Positions 9,781-20,328 of a DNA stretch of 64,000 nt are shown in pieces. Under the pieces are notes generated by a model. It searched no databases, was not told the DNA's origin, and was given only the letters and a program-made list of their open reading frames with translations. The translations under genes were made by a program, and so were the position numbers. Numbering within the stretch: the stretch's first letter is position 1; each line of letters starts with the position of its first letter. Source of the stretch: Nostoc sp. (GTDB lineage: Bacteria > Cyanobacteriota > Cyanobacteriia > Cyanobacteriales > Nostocaceae); assembly GCA_036918135.1 (NCBI GenBank), contig JBALDB010000005.1, positions 64,001 to 128,000 on the forward strand, written 5' to 3'.

Positions 9781-11928
9781 CTAAGGCGTTGTCTCAGGAG
9801 TTGGTATTGGTGTAGGTTCAGGTGTGGAGGTTTCTGTGGGAGTTGGTATGGGAGTTGGTGTGGGAGTTGGCGTAGGCGTAGGTGTTTCCGTGGGCGTTGG
9901 TGTCGGAGTTGGGGGTGGGGTAGGAGTTTCTGCTACGATATTAAGTTGATAATCTATCGGTTTCGTTGCAGTGGAAACCACGACAAACTCGTAAAAACCA
10001 TTTTCTGATAATTTAGCTAACAAACTACGCTTGGTAGAATCTTCTAAAAATTTGATTTTGCCTGAGGGTGAATAGACTGATAACAAGACTTGGGAATTTG
10101 CTTCTAGCTTTAAGTCTAAAGATTGCTCTTTGGCAAGTTCAGCAATGAACACTTTACCACCACCAGGTTGAAGAGTACCGCTGACTGTTTTACCAAGCGC
10201 ACCCGCATCAAAGACAAGTTTTTGGAAAGCACTACCAGCAAGGATAGCACTGAGTTTATCACTTACAAATCCGTACCAAACTTGTCCAATGGGCTGATCG
10301 GTAAAATTTTTACTACGCTGCTCAGGAAATACACTAAAAAATGCTGCGTCTCCCAAATCATACAAAGAACGACTGCCAACGTTGATGCGGTTGACTTCTA
10401 CTTTCCAGCGATCGCGTTCGGCAGTTGTATAACTTCCCAGTTTTTGGCGGGAATTTGAACTCAGTAGTGATAGTTTTTCCAGCAATTCTGAAGCTGTTCG
10501 ATCCCATTGTGCCCGCAAACTCTCGTCTTCGGAACCGTTGCTGAGAGTCCGTCCTCGTAAACTGGGATTTGTGTCCCAAAAAACTTGATTCACTAAGTTA
10601 ACGTAAAACTTCTCATCAATACCCAACTGTTGACGGCGATCGATTAATTTTTGTTTGCGCTGGCGTTCGGCTGGTGAGTATTGCGCTAAGGGGTCGGTTG
10701 GCTGGTCGTTGGTTGGGATTGGGCTGGCTGTGGGAGTAGGTTGAATTTCTCCTGAATGGCGGCTGCTATTTACTCCCCAAAAAATTAATCCAGTTGTACC
10801 AACTGCTACCAGTACTGCAACGAAGGTTTTTGTTGGTGTCCACCAGCTTGTGGGCTGAGGAGATGAGGAATATGAGGGATATGAGGGAGATGGGGGAGGA
10901 GGGGGAGAAACGGCAACAGTGGCAGATGTAGGTTGTGGTGGGGTGGGATATTGCGTGGGCGGGAAGCTGGCTGGGGGAGGGTTGAGGACTTCGAGCACTT
11001 GACGGGCTGATTGATAGCGATCGCCCGGTCTGGCAGATAGCATTTTATCTAATACTTGTCCCAAAAGGGGACTGAGGCTCACTTCTCGTCGCCATTGCCA
11101 AGTTAAATTATAAGTATCAATTAATTCTTGGGGTAGCTTGCCTGTCAGTAAAACCAACATTGTGGCAGCTAAAGCATACAAGTCACTGTGGGGAGACACC
11201 AGCCCAGTTTGCATTTGTTCTGGCGGAGCAAATCCTATTTTACCTAATAAAGTTGGTGATGGTGAAGATGGGACTACACCGGGTTGATAATATTGGGAAG
11301 CTACAGTTGCTACTACTTGTTTGACACCGCCAAAATCGATTAATACTGGTAATTGGTCAACGGTACGAAGTATTAAATTATCTGGAGAAATATCTCGGTG
11401 AATCACGCCTAATGAGTGGATATACTCCAACACTGGCAAAATTTGCTGCAATAATTGGCGCACTTCGGCTTCTGTAAAGTGCAAACCTTGCCTTGTTCTG
11501 GCATTTAACAAAGAGCTGTAAGTTTCCCCTTCTACATAATCTTGTACTAAAAACAGATATTCTCTACCCTGTAAATTAGTGCGAAGCAGTTCGCGGAAGC
11601 GAGGAATTTGGGGATGTTGTAGTTTATAAAGAACACTCGCTTCTCTCTCAAAAAGTTCTTCAGCTTTTTCGACAACGTAAGCGGTTTGAACTTGGGGAGA
11701 AAATTCCTTTAAAACACAAAGTTCGCGGAAACGGTTAACATCTTCAGCTAAATAAGTGCGTCCAAAGCCACCTTGACCGAGTTGACGCACAATTACATAG
11801 CGACCGCCTAAAGTTAATCCTGTTTGTATACCATTACTCATGGGTGTATCCAATTTTTCACCACACTGGAGACAAAAGCGACTATCGGGGGAATTTTCAT
11901 GTCCCTTAGAACAATATAATTTTGTCAT
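9781..11928 (-). CDS. Membrane-anchored Ser/Thr protein kinase
   Basis: N-terminal Zn ribbon, GQGGFGRTY, HRDISPDN, DFG, one TM helix, PT-repeat C-terminus. Confidence 0.95.
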   Translation of the reverse strand: MTKLYCSKGHENSPDSRFCLQCGEKLDTPMSNGIQTGLTLGGRYVIVRQLGQGGFGRTYLAEDVNRFRELCVLKEFSPQVQTAYVVEKAEELFEREASVLYKLQHPQIPRFRELLRTNLQGREYLFLVQDYVEGETYSSLLNARTRQGLHFTEAEVRQLLQQILPVLEYIHSLGVIHRDISPDNLILRTVDQLPVLIDFGGVKQVVATVASQYYQPGVVPSSPSPTLLGKIGFAPPEQMQTGLVSPHSDLYALAATMLVLLTGKLPQELIDTYNLTWQWRREVSLSPLLGQVLDKMLSARPGDRYQSARQVLEVLNPPPASFPPTQYPTPPQPTSATVAVSPPPPPSPSYPSYSSSPQPTSWWTPTKTFVAVLVAVGTTGLIFWGVNSSRHSGEIQPTPTASPIPTNDQPTDPLAQYSPAERQRKQKLIDRRQQLGIDEKFYVNLVNQVFWDTNPSLRGRTLSNGSEDESLRAQWDRTASELLEKLSLLSSNSRQKLGSYTTAERDRWKVEVNRINVGSRSLYDLGDAAFFSVFPEQRSKNFTDQPIGQVWYGFVSDKLSAILAGSAFQKLVFDAGALGKTVSGTLQPGGGKVFIAELAKEQSLDLKLEANSQVLLSVYSPSGKIKFLEDSTKRSLLAKLSENGFYEFVVVSTATKPIDYQLNIVAETPTPPPTPTPTPTETPTPTPTPTPTPIPTPTETSTPEPTPIPTPETTP

Positions 11929-11975
11929 TTGTCATTTGTGATTTGTCATTCGTCATTCCCCGTGTCCCCAGTCCG

Positions 11976-13682
11976 TTACTTGCTAGATTGTACTTTACTA
12001 ATTTGGTCGGCTGCGATCGCATACCAAATTTGACCGAAAGTTTGTTGATTCAGTTTCCCACGCTGCTGACCGGGAAACAAGCGATCGAACTTTTCATTTG
12101 TATCTTTGTTCAACTGACTAATTGTATAGTCTTTGAATTCTCCCGCTCGTGCTTGTCGTCTCCATCTTTGGTAATCTTGTTCAGTATAATTTCCTAGTTT
12201 CTGACGCGCTGCTGTACTGAGGTTAGCTTGTTCTAGTTTATTCAACAACTCGTCAGCGATACCGTACCATTCATCGCGTAAACGAGCATCTTCAGCTTTA
12301 GATGTCAGGCTGCGTCCTTTTAATTCTGGTTTTTTTGTATAAAATAAATTATCTACTGTGCGAATAAAAAATCCTTCAGGAATTCCTAGCTCTTGACGAC
12401 GACTGATAATTTTCTCAAGGTTGCTATTTTTTCCTTTGTCGCTGCCTGGTTGACCGCTAGGATTAGGGAATTGGGGAATTTGGGGTAAAGAAATAGATGG
12501 TATGCTAATTGAAGATACGCTCTTAATGACTGCGTTTACCACCGCCCAAGCACCTGCACCAGTTAAGACAACTAAAGCTGTGCCACCTAAACTCATCACA
12601 AAAGGGCGAATCCAAACGGGGAAAGATGCAGATTTAACAATTGCCTGGGTTCTGTTGTGAAATTTACTCACAATAGCAGTGGCGCGTTGTCTTCCAGGAG
12701 CTACTACCATCGTCTTAATCTTGGTAACATAGTTAGGCGAGGGTTGAGTTGCATTTGGCGATGGTAAATCTTTGAGGATTTGCTCGGCTCGTTGATAGCG
12801 ATCGCTCGGTTTATAAGCCAGCATCTTTTTTAACACAGACTCTAGTCGGGGACTGACTTGGATTTGCTTGCCCCAGTACCAAATTCCTTGATAGCTATCG
12901 TATAATTTTTGCGGTTCCTGTGCCGTCAATAATACTAATGCAGTTACCGCCAAAGAGTATAAATCGCTATTAAAAAATGCTTTGCCTTGCCGTAGCTGTT
13001 CCTCTGGAGCATAACCTTTTTTACCCAGCAAAGTGTTATTCCCAACCAACTGAGTCCGCCAAAAACCTTGAGAAGCTGGCAATTGTTTGACGCCACCAAA
13101 ATCAATCAGTACTGGTAAATTATCAGAACGCCGCAAAATTAAATTGTCGGGAGAGATATCGCGGTGAACTACATCCTGTGAATGAATGTAGGATAGCACG
13201 GGTAAAATTTGTTGCAGTAGAGTAATTACTTCCTCTTCGCTAAAGGCTTTTCCTTGAGTACGACGCTGTTCTAATAATTGGTCAAAATTGTCACCATCTA
13301 TATAATCTTGAACTAAAAAGAAAAAATCTTTAGTACCTATTTTCACTTGTAGCGAGCTGTGAAAACGCGGAATTTGAGGATGTTGGAGTTTTTTCAGGAC
13401 ATTGGCTTCTCGCTCAAATAACTCTTTAGCTTTTTGTAAATCTTGTTTTTCTTGTACTTGGGGTGCAAATTCCTTCAACACACAGGTTCGATCGGATTTA
13501 TTTTTATCCTTCGCCAAATAAGTACGTCCAAAGCCGCCTTGGCCTAGTTGACGTATAATTTGATAGCGATTATCAATCACCTGCCCCACACCAAGAGCTA
13601 ATGGTTCGCCGCAATGGGTACAAAAGCGGTTACCATTATCATTTGTGTGTTGTTTACTACAATAGACCTGCATGATGCCCAA
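11976..13682 (-). CDS. Membrane-anchored Ser/Thr protein kinase (paralog of neighbour)
   Basis: Zn ribbon, GQGGFGRTY, HRDISPDN, DFG, GYAPEEQ, TM helix. Confidence 0.95.
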   Translation of the reverse strand: MGIMQVYCSKQHTNDNGNRFCTHCGEPLALGVGQVIDNRYQIIRQLGQGGFGRTYLAKDKNKSDRTCVLKEFAPQVQEKQDLQKAKELFEREANVLKKLQHPQIPRFHSSLQVKIGTKDFFFLVQDYIDGDNFDQLLEQRRTQGKAFSEEEVITLLQQILPVLSYIHSQDVVHRDISPDNLILRRSDNLPVLIDFGGVKQLPASQGFWRTQLVGNNTLLGKKGYAPEEQLRQGKAFFNSDLYSLAVTALVLLTAQEPQKLYDSYQGIWYWGKQIQVSPRLESVLKKMLAYKPSDRYQRAEQILKDLPSPNATQPSPNYVTKIKTMVVAPGRQRATAIVSKFHNRTQAIVKSASFPVWIRPFVMSLGGTALVVLTGAGAWAVVNAVIKSVSSISIPSISLPQIPQFPNPSGQPGSDKGKNSNLEKIISRRQELGIPEGFFIRTVDNLFYTKKPELKGRSLTSKAEDARLRDEWYGIADELLNKLEQANLSTAARQKLGNYTEQDYQRWRRQARAGEFKDYTISQLNKDTNEKFDRLFPGQQRGKLNQQTFGQIWYAIAADQISKVQSSK

Positions 13683-14169
13683 GAATAAATTCAGCTTTTA
13701 TTGAGAGACTACAACGGGTGTACCTTTGTTTTCGGATATCTTACCAAACGTTAGGGTAGGGTGTTCCTATCCTCAGAAGTGTTAATTGAATAAAGAGTAA
13801 TACTTTTGTATATTTATACACTAACATTCTCTAGCTAAGTTTGTGTATCAAATTACTTCTTATATAGGGCACACTTTCTCTGTAACAAATAGTTAGATAT
13901 AGCAAGAGGCAGGATAGCGCAGCGTTAGCGAGTCCACGAGCGTTGGCAGAGGGCAGGAGGTAAAACTATTGCTAACTCTCTTCTTTCACCCTTTCCAAGT
14001 GTCCTAAAGAGTGTGACTACGGCTATATTTTGGAGCTGAAAATCTCTTAAATATCTCTTAAATACGTTTTACTAAAAATAACTGGGATTTTGTTGGTATT
14101 AGATAAAGGCTAAAATAAATACTTGCAGCAAGTAACGGTGTTGGTACTTCAAGATAAACAACAAGCATC

Positions 14170-15678
14170 ATGAACTGCAAATCACAAAGCCAGCGAGCAA
14201 TTAAAGCATTTGAAGATTTTCTCTCTACTCCCCTAGAAACGCAACTGCAACGACATCTCAACGCTCAAACTTCAGCAGCTTTGAGTTTATTTCACGATGT
14301 AGCGGCTAATGTACCCGCCTACAAGGCTTTTTTAGCAGAAAGAGAAATTAATCCTGCAAGTATTCAAACCTTGGAGGAGTTTCAAAAACTGCCAGCGATC
14401 GCCAAAGAAAATTATATACTGCGTTATCCTTTAGCTGACTTGTGCCGCGACGGACAACTCCAAGGTTGCGATATGATAGCCGCTTCCTCTGGTTCCAGTG
14501 GCAAACCGACATTTTGGCCGCGTTTTTTCACAGATGAACTGCAAATCGCCACACGTTTTGAACAGATTTTTCACGATAGTTTTTATGCAGATACCAGACA
14601 TACTTTAGCTGTGATTTGTTTCACTTTAGGCACTTGGGTAGGTGGAATGTTCACCACCAATTGCTGTCGCTATCTTGCTAGTAAAGGTTATCCCCTGACT
14701 GTAATTACTCCCGGTAACAACAAAGAAGAAATATTGCGAGTCGTCCAAGAATTAGGTTCTGCTTTCGAGCAAGTGGTACTTTTGGGATATCCGCCATTTT
14801 TGAAAGATGTCATTGATACTGGAATTGCTCGCGGTGTGGAGTGGCAGCAATATCAGATTAAGTTTGTGATGGCGGGAGAAGTATTCAGCGAAGAATGGCG
14901 GAGTTTAGTTGGTAAAAGAGTTGGTTCAGAAAATCCCTGCTATGATTTTGCATCACTTTACGGCACTGCGGATGCGGGAGTTTTGGGCAATGAAACACCG
15001 TTAAGTATTTGCATTCGCCGTTTTTTGGCAGAAAATCCCGATGCAGCTAGAGCTTTATTTGGTGAATCGCGTTTACCGACATTAGTACAGTACGATCCTT
15101 GCAATCGCTTTTTTGAAGTTCAAGATGGCGCATTGCTATTTTCTGGAGATAACGGTATTCCCTTAGTGCGTTATGACATCTTGGACACTGGCGGTATCAT
15201 TAATTATGATGCCATGCTGGAATTTTTAGCAAAATGGGGATTCGATCCTGTTGCAGAGTTACAGAATCAGAATTCAGCTAGAGGTATTCACTCATTACCT
15301 TTTGTTTATGTCTTTGGTCGTTCTAACTTTACAGTTTCATACTTTGGCGCAAATATCTATCCAGAAAATGTGACGGTGGGATTAGAACAACCAGTGATTC
15401 AAGAATGGGTGACGGGTAAATTTGTGTTGCAAGTGAAGGAAGATGCTGACAAAAATCGATTTTTATCTGTGGTTGTGGAATTAGCACCAGGAGTAGAAGG
15501 TAGTGAAGCTCAAAAAGAAGCGATCGCATCTTCGATTCTTGCACAACTGCTACGCTTAAATAGCGAGTTTGCTAATTATGTTCCCGTAGAATATCAAACA
15601 CCACAGGTTACATTAGCGGCAATGGGCGATGCTGAATATTTCCCTGTTGGGGTGAAACATCGTTATACGCGTAAATAG
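14170..15678 (+). CDS. Phenylacetate-CoA ligase (PaaK)-family adenylating protein
   Basis: SSGSSGKP P-loop, SLYGTAD, PLVRYDILDTG, GANIYPE. Confidence 0.88.
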   Translation: MNCKSQSQRAIKAFEDFLSTPLETQLQRHLNAQTSAALSLFHDVAANVPAYKAFLAEREINPASIQTLEEFQKLPAIAKENYILRYPLADLCRDGQLQGCDMIAASSGSSGKPTFWPRFFTDELQIATRFEQIFHDSFYADTRHTLAVICFTLGTWVGGMFTTNCCRYLASKGYPLTVITPGNNKEEILRVVQELGSAFEQVVLLGYPPFLKDVIDTGIARGVEWQQYQIKFVMAGEVFSEEWRSLVGKRVGSENPCYDFASLYGTADAGVLGNETPLSICIRRFLAENPDAARALFGESRLPTLVQYDPCNRFFEVQDGALLFSGDNGIPLVRYDILDTGGIINYDAMLEFLAKWGFDPVAELQNQNSARGIHSLPFVYVFGRSNFTVSYFGANIYPENVTVGLEQPVIQEWVTGKFVLQVKEDADKNRFLSVVVELAPGVEGSEAQKEAIASSILAQLLRLNSEFANYVPVEYQTPQVTLAAMGDAEYFPVGVKHRYTRK

Positions 15679-15812
15679 GGAATGGGACAATAAATAGTTT
15701 TCAGTTATAGCAGGGGACTGGGTTAAAAGTGAAGTATAAAAGCTAGTTGCTTCTATCATCTTTAGTGAATGCGGCATAATAAAAACTAAACCCTAAAATT
15801 CTGAAGTAGGCA

Positions 15813-16091
15813 ATGAATACTACCGATAATTCTCCGATGGATGATGGGTCATTAGCAGATTTGATTTCTGTCGCACAGTTACAGCAACAGCTTAATGACT
15901 TACTCCAGCAACTATCTCCAGAACGATTACAGGTGCTGACTGATTTTGCTGCTTATTTGGCAAATGCTGAAAGCGAAGCTGCAACCCAAGAACTTTTGGC
16001 AATTCCTGGATTGTTAGAGCGAGTTAAGCACTCATCAGTAACGCCTAAAGCCGAATACACCGCCTGGACAACTCTTCGCTCTGATGTATGA
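15813..16091 (+). CDS. Putative type II antitoxin
   Basis: Short acidic protein (LSPERLQVLTDFAAYL...ATQELLAIPG) overlapping a RelE-like gene. Confidence 0.8.
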   Translation: MNTTDNSPMDDGSLADLISVAQLQQQLNDLLQQLSPERLQVLTDFAAYLANAESEAATQELLAIPGLLERVKHSSVTPKAEYTAWTTLRSDV

Positions 16092-16372
16092 AGTTATTCT
16101 TCATCCCGATGTCCAGGAAGTTTATGTCAATGCTGACAAAGCCCTTGCTAAGAAAATTGCCCGATGTTTCCAGCAGCTAGAACAAACTCCTCGATCGCAC
16201 CCCAACATTAAAGCCCTGAAGGGAGATTTTACAGGCTACTATCGCTACCGAATCGGGGATTACAGAGTCCATTTATTTTATAGACGATGAAGTTGTGCAA
16301 GTACTTGTTGTGGCGTTCACGAAGTGACTCTGCAAGAGTATCGCTCATCGCAGTGAGGTATATGAACCATAA
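16084..16372 (+). pseudogene. RelE/ParE toxin, inactivated by frameshift and insertion
   Basis: IKALKG...YRYRIGDYRV motif. Removing one extra C at about 16270 and a 24-nt insertion (16316-16339) restores ...YRVIYFIDDEVVQVLVVAIAHRSEVYEP*. Confidence 0.88.
16316..16339 (-). mobile_element. 24-nt small dispersed repeat inserted in a HIP1 site
   Basis: Minus strand GCGAT[ACTCTTGCAGAGTCACTTCGTGAA]CGC. Confidence 0.8.
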
Positions 16373-16588
16373 AGGCGATCGCTTAATCAATATTATCGCG
16401 GCGATTGCAAAAACAATCGCATTCCCATTCTGTTCACAATATCTGTTTTACGGGGGGCGATCGTATTCCCTGAATTGCGGAAATATTGGACGCGATAGAT
16501 TTACGAGATGCGATGAATCGCGTCTTTATAAGGGATTGCTGCTTCTACATTTCTCTTATGTTTTGCCTGGAGGAAGTACTTTTCTTTC

Positions 16589-19500
16589 CTACTCTCCATC
16601 TTTAACTTTCTCCTGCTGATGCCAAGCTTGATAAAAAGCGGTGTAGGTCATGTTTTCGGCGCAATGGTAAAGTGTCCAATAGCAATGAAAGTAGAAAGCA
16701 CGATTATTTTGACAAACTGAATCTTGTAAGTAGTAACTTAACTTGGTAACTGCTAAAGAAAATAAATTATCTTTAAGGATTATTCCTAAACATGCAATAT
16801 GATTAACAAATCCAACTAAGCCATCATTATCTATTAAATTAATAATAAAGTTAAATACATTTTCATTGCCAATACCAATAGCTGTTAAAGCCGAGATAGC
16901 ATGTTCTTTAATTTTATAATTTTCACGATATGCATGATTCTTGATAATTAAAATCAGAATATTTATTAACTCTGGATTACCACTTCCAATTCTTTTTACA
17001 TATTCAAGAGCCTTAAACAAAAGGTAGCGATCAGAGTCTTCATTAGAACGCAGCAATCGCTTAATAACTTCAAGAATGGGAGAAATAGCCTCTGGATTCC
17101 CAGTAATTATTTTCTCTAATTTCAACATGATCTCAACCTGCTGTGGAGTACCATCCTCAATATTGTTTAGGGAGTAAATCAAATCTATTATTTCTTCTTT
17201 ACTACTATGATTCTCTTCTTCGGATGCCTCAGACGATATCTCAATAGGTCGTGAATCTGAAAACACATACCGTCTTATAACTTCAACTTGTTCATTAAAT
17301 TCACGATTATTTAACCAAACAGGTGGAACAAAGTAATCATCGCTATTGTCAATTAGTCCCTTCAGAACTTTGCAAGCTTCAAAGTTATTATGAGAAAAAT
17401 CTAATAAAGTTAATGCAACTTGAGCAAGAATTCTTTCATCAAATTTATTACCGATATTATCAGCAACTTGTCTGCGAATTTCTTTATCTTGACATAAGTG
17501 CAACAATTTCATGAGTTCAATAACAACTTTGCTGCGATCAGTGTCTCGAATTATTGTTCGAGCTTTTTTATCAAGTGGAAAGAAAGACTGCCACCCTTGT
17601 TTAGTACTATCAAGGCAACCAAAAGCCCATTGAACTATCTGTGCTACTATTTCATCAGCACGACTACAATCCCTAAATTCCGCAATACCATTTGCTGCCA
17701 AAAAGTAGGCTTGAAACCAATAAAGTTTGCAGAAACCATCATCAAATTCCACCAACGCCTGAATAAACTCTTCCTTCTCTTCCCTCCTCACATCCTCACG
17801 TCCCAACCACAGCAAAATCACCTCTTTCCACTGCGGTGCAAAAATGCGATAAACGCCTAGCGCAGGGTTGTCAGGAACATGATTTAGAAACTCGTGCCAA
17901 TCAGCAACCGCTAACGCTGCAAAATATTCCTCAAATGTGGGATGGTAGAAGGCGTAAACTTTCTCTTTCGTTGCTGATTCCGCAGCCAGTCCTACTTCAT
18001 TTAGCCATCCCAACTTTAACGCTAACCAAAATAAAGAATTTTGCTGTTTTGCATCACCTAATTCCTCACGGACAAACTTATGTCGTAGCCGAAAGCGTGA
18101 CGTTTCTTGATCAATTGCCCGTTTCGCCAAACGTCCCAAAGCTGCATTTAATTCCTCTTGCTGCTGTTCGGTGGTAGAAAAGCGGTTTTCTTTCCACTTG
18201 TAAACCTCTTCCACAAACTGCTGATAAAGTCCGGCTTTAGTTTCCGGTAAACCTTTATCGGAACCTTGCCAAGTGCTACACAACAGCGCTAACCGCAAAG
18301 GATTTTTAACTAAATCTTGGATGCGCTGACGTTCAGCTTTATCTAATTCCTTTGATAATCTTTCCCCTTTGTCTGCATCCTTCTTGTGAAACCAACGCCG
18401 AATAAATTCTTGCACCTGTTGCGGATATTTAAAGTTGAGTAACCGATACGTCTCAAAATTTTCTAAAGCGTTAGCGTTTGCTTCCCAAACATTCACCCGA
18501 CAAGTCAGCACAACCCGCGCATTTTTCACCCATCCCGTCAACTGCTGGGAAATCTCAGTTAATGGTTGGAGTGAAGCCATTTCATCTGCCGCATCCAACA
18601 ACAACCACACAGGATTATTCTTGAATAAATCTGCAAAAGTGTTTTCCTGTTCTTCTTTTACCCGCACCACTTCTAAAGCATTCTTCAGCCAATCTTGCAG
18701 CAGATAATTTTCTACACTCTTTCCTTGCAAGTCTGCCAAAGAAATCCAAATTGGTAAACCGAGATTGTTATCTAATATCCAAAAAGCTATAGTTTGCAAC
18801 TGAGTAGTTTTTCCCGCACCCGGTTCCCCAATTAAAGCAATGCGGTGTCCTTGAGTTTTTCCAACACCATCACGGATAACTTTCTCTAAAAAAGCCTCAT
18901 GTTCAAATCGCTGCTTCTCTTCATAACTCGGTTCGTAAAGTCGTGAACCTTGTTCTGGGGAAATATCCTCGTTGCACTTCTGCGGTTTGTTACGTTCCAC
19001 CAATGCTAAAGGGACATGAATTGCCTCTAGCTCAAATTTCATCTCATCATCAGCAAACAGCAACTCATTTGTGGTGAGACGCTTGTGCTTTTCCAGCATA
19101 GCGCGGCAGATTTCTTGCCAGTCAAAGCTATTATCTGTTGTTTGTACCTGGAATGTTTCTTTTAAATTCGTCTTATGATATTCCTTCCACTTCTGCTTAA
19201 CCACCTCCAGATTATCTTTTATCGTTGCTGTCTGATGTTTTAGCGTCAGGGTAAATTTCCAATAACCTTGATTGTTTGCAGCTTTTTCCGGTTCTCGCAC
19301 TTTCAACTTCCATAGCCAGTCAAGTGCAGTTTGAAGCTCTTGTAATTCTCTTTCTTTTTGAGAAACGTTAGATTCTGCTTTTTGCCGGGGAAGTTTTAAA
19401 GTTTTGCCAACATTTTTAATCTGTTGGAGTAAATATTCCTTCTTTGTACCAACTTCAGATGTTTTGCTTCTGTTTCCGCTTGTTTGTTGGCTTTTATATC

Positions 19501-19648
19501 CGGTAATTCTCAGCTTATCAGCATTCCAGACAACGCAAAGTGGAAGTTTTGACTCACAGTCTTGCTCTTGGGACAGTTGCAGCAATGCTTCTACCAAACT
19601 GAGTACATTCTCTAAAACTGATTCATCTCCACGAATATTTCTTGACAT
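16589..19648 (-). CDS. NACHT (STAND) NTPase with HEAT-like repeats, NLR-like
   Basis: Walker A GEPGAGKT, Walker B LLLDAADE, LTCR, NPLRLALLC, FYHPTFEEYFAA, C-terminal HCAENMTYTAFYQAWH. Confidence 0.93.
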   Translation of the reverse strand: MSRNIRGDESVLENVLSLVEALLQLSQEQDCESKLPLCVVWNADKLRITGYKSQQTSGNRSKTSEVGTKKEYLLQQIKNVGKTLKLPRQKAESNVSQKERELQELQTALDWLWKLKVREPEKAANNQGYWKFTLTLKHQTATIKDNLEVVKQKWKEYHKTNLKETFQVQTTDNSFDWQEICRAMLEKHKRLTTNELLFADDEMKFELEAIHVPLALVERNKPQKCNEDISPEQGSRLYEPSYEEKQRFEHEAFLEKVIRDGVGKTQGHRIALIGEPGAGKTTQLQTIAFWILDNNLGLPIWISLADLQGKSVENYLLQDWLKNALEVVRVKEEQENTFADLFKNNPVWLLLDAADEMASLQPLTEISQQLTGWVKNARVVLTCRVNVWEANANALENFETYRLLNFKYPQQVQEFIRRWFHKKDADKGERLSKELDKAERQRIQDLVKNPLRLALLCSTWQGSDKGLPETKAGLYQQFVEEVYKWKENRFSTTEQQQEELNAALGRLAKRAIDQETSRFRLRHKFVREELGDAKQQNSLFWLALKLGWLNEVGLAAESATKEKVYAFYHPTFEEYFAALAVADWHEFLNHVPDNPALGVYRIFAPQWKEVILLWLGREDVRREEKEEFIQALVEFDDGFCKLYWFQAYFLAANGIAEFRDCSRADEIVAQIVQWAFGCLDSTKQGWQSFFPLDKKARTIIRDTDRSKVVIELMKLLHLCQDKEIRRQVADNIGNKFDERILAQVALTLLDFSHNNFEACKVLKGLIDNSDDYFVPPVWLNNREFNEQVEVIRRYVFSDSRPIEISSEASEEENHSSKEEIIDLIYSLNNIEDGTPQQVEIMLKLEKIITGNPEAISPILEVIKRLLRSNEDSDRYLLFKALEYVKRIGSGNPELINILILIIKNHAYRENYKIKEHAISALTAIGIGNENVFNFIINLIDNDGLVGFVNHIACLGIILKDNLFSLAVTKLSYYLQDSVCQNNRAFYFHCYWTLYHCAENMTYTAFYQAWHQQEKVKDGE

Positions 19649-19817
19649 CAGTCAAATAAAAAAAATTGAAATAATTTGTAATTACCCAAACAAACAAGCT
19701 TCCCCAAGCCGCAAAAGCTGATGATACAAGCATTATAGACGCTGCGTGGGGGATGTGTCTGGGGAAATACCCAAAAAAATAATTCACCTTGTAAACCTAA
19801 AAACGAGGTGAATTCAG

Positions 19818-20078
19818 ATGTCAGCTAAAAAACGTGGTAAAAGTGTAAGTCAAAGAGCGATGTCTACGACGGGCTACGCCTACGCTTTTTTGTTAATTCT
19901 GCAAACAATGTTAATTGGCGTAAATGCCGAAAACCGCCTTCAGCAAGGAGACTCACCAATCGAGGTTTTAATCTGGATGATTAACCAGTCTATTCCAGTC
20001 CTGAAACAAGCCAGCAGTTTCCAAGAAAAACAGAAAAACAGCCTGTTACCCACGCATCCCCGTTCTGAGGATCGATAA
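19818..20078 (+). CDS. Small hypothetical protein divergent from the NACHT gene, carrying an in-frame 21-nt insertion
   Basis: GAGGTG RBS; removing the insert restores SQRAIAFLLILQTMLIGV, a hydrophobic segment. Confidence 0.55.
   Translation: MSAKKRGKSVSQRAMSTTGYAYAFLLILQTMLIGVNAENRLQQGDSPIEVLIWMINQSIPVLKQASSFQEKQKNSLLPTHPRSEDR
19862..19882 (+). mobile_element. 21-nt small dispersed repeat inserted in HIP1
   Basis: GCGAT[GTCTACGACGGGCTACGCCTA]CGC. Confidence 0.85.
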
Positions 20079-20328
20079 TATCACAAGCCCGTCTTTGCTT
20101 GCAGAAACGGGCTGTGGCTATATTTGTTGTTATAAAAAATCCGGTTTTAGTGCGTGAAAAATCTAATACCAATTCAATTAATGATTGCAACACATTGTTG
20201 GTTTAAGACGCGATGAATCACATCTCTACAATATGGTCTATTTGGTAAAAATATAGCGTTTCTCGATTGGATGCAATACGATTTGCAGAAAATTTTTTGA
20301 TAATAAATGATAGATAACAAAAATGCCT

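Noticed and set aside
16287..16619. 110-aa ORF after RelE
   Set aside because: Spans the pseudogene tail, repeats and the NACHT 3' end; no family signal.
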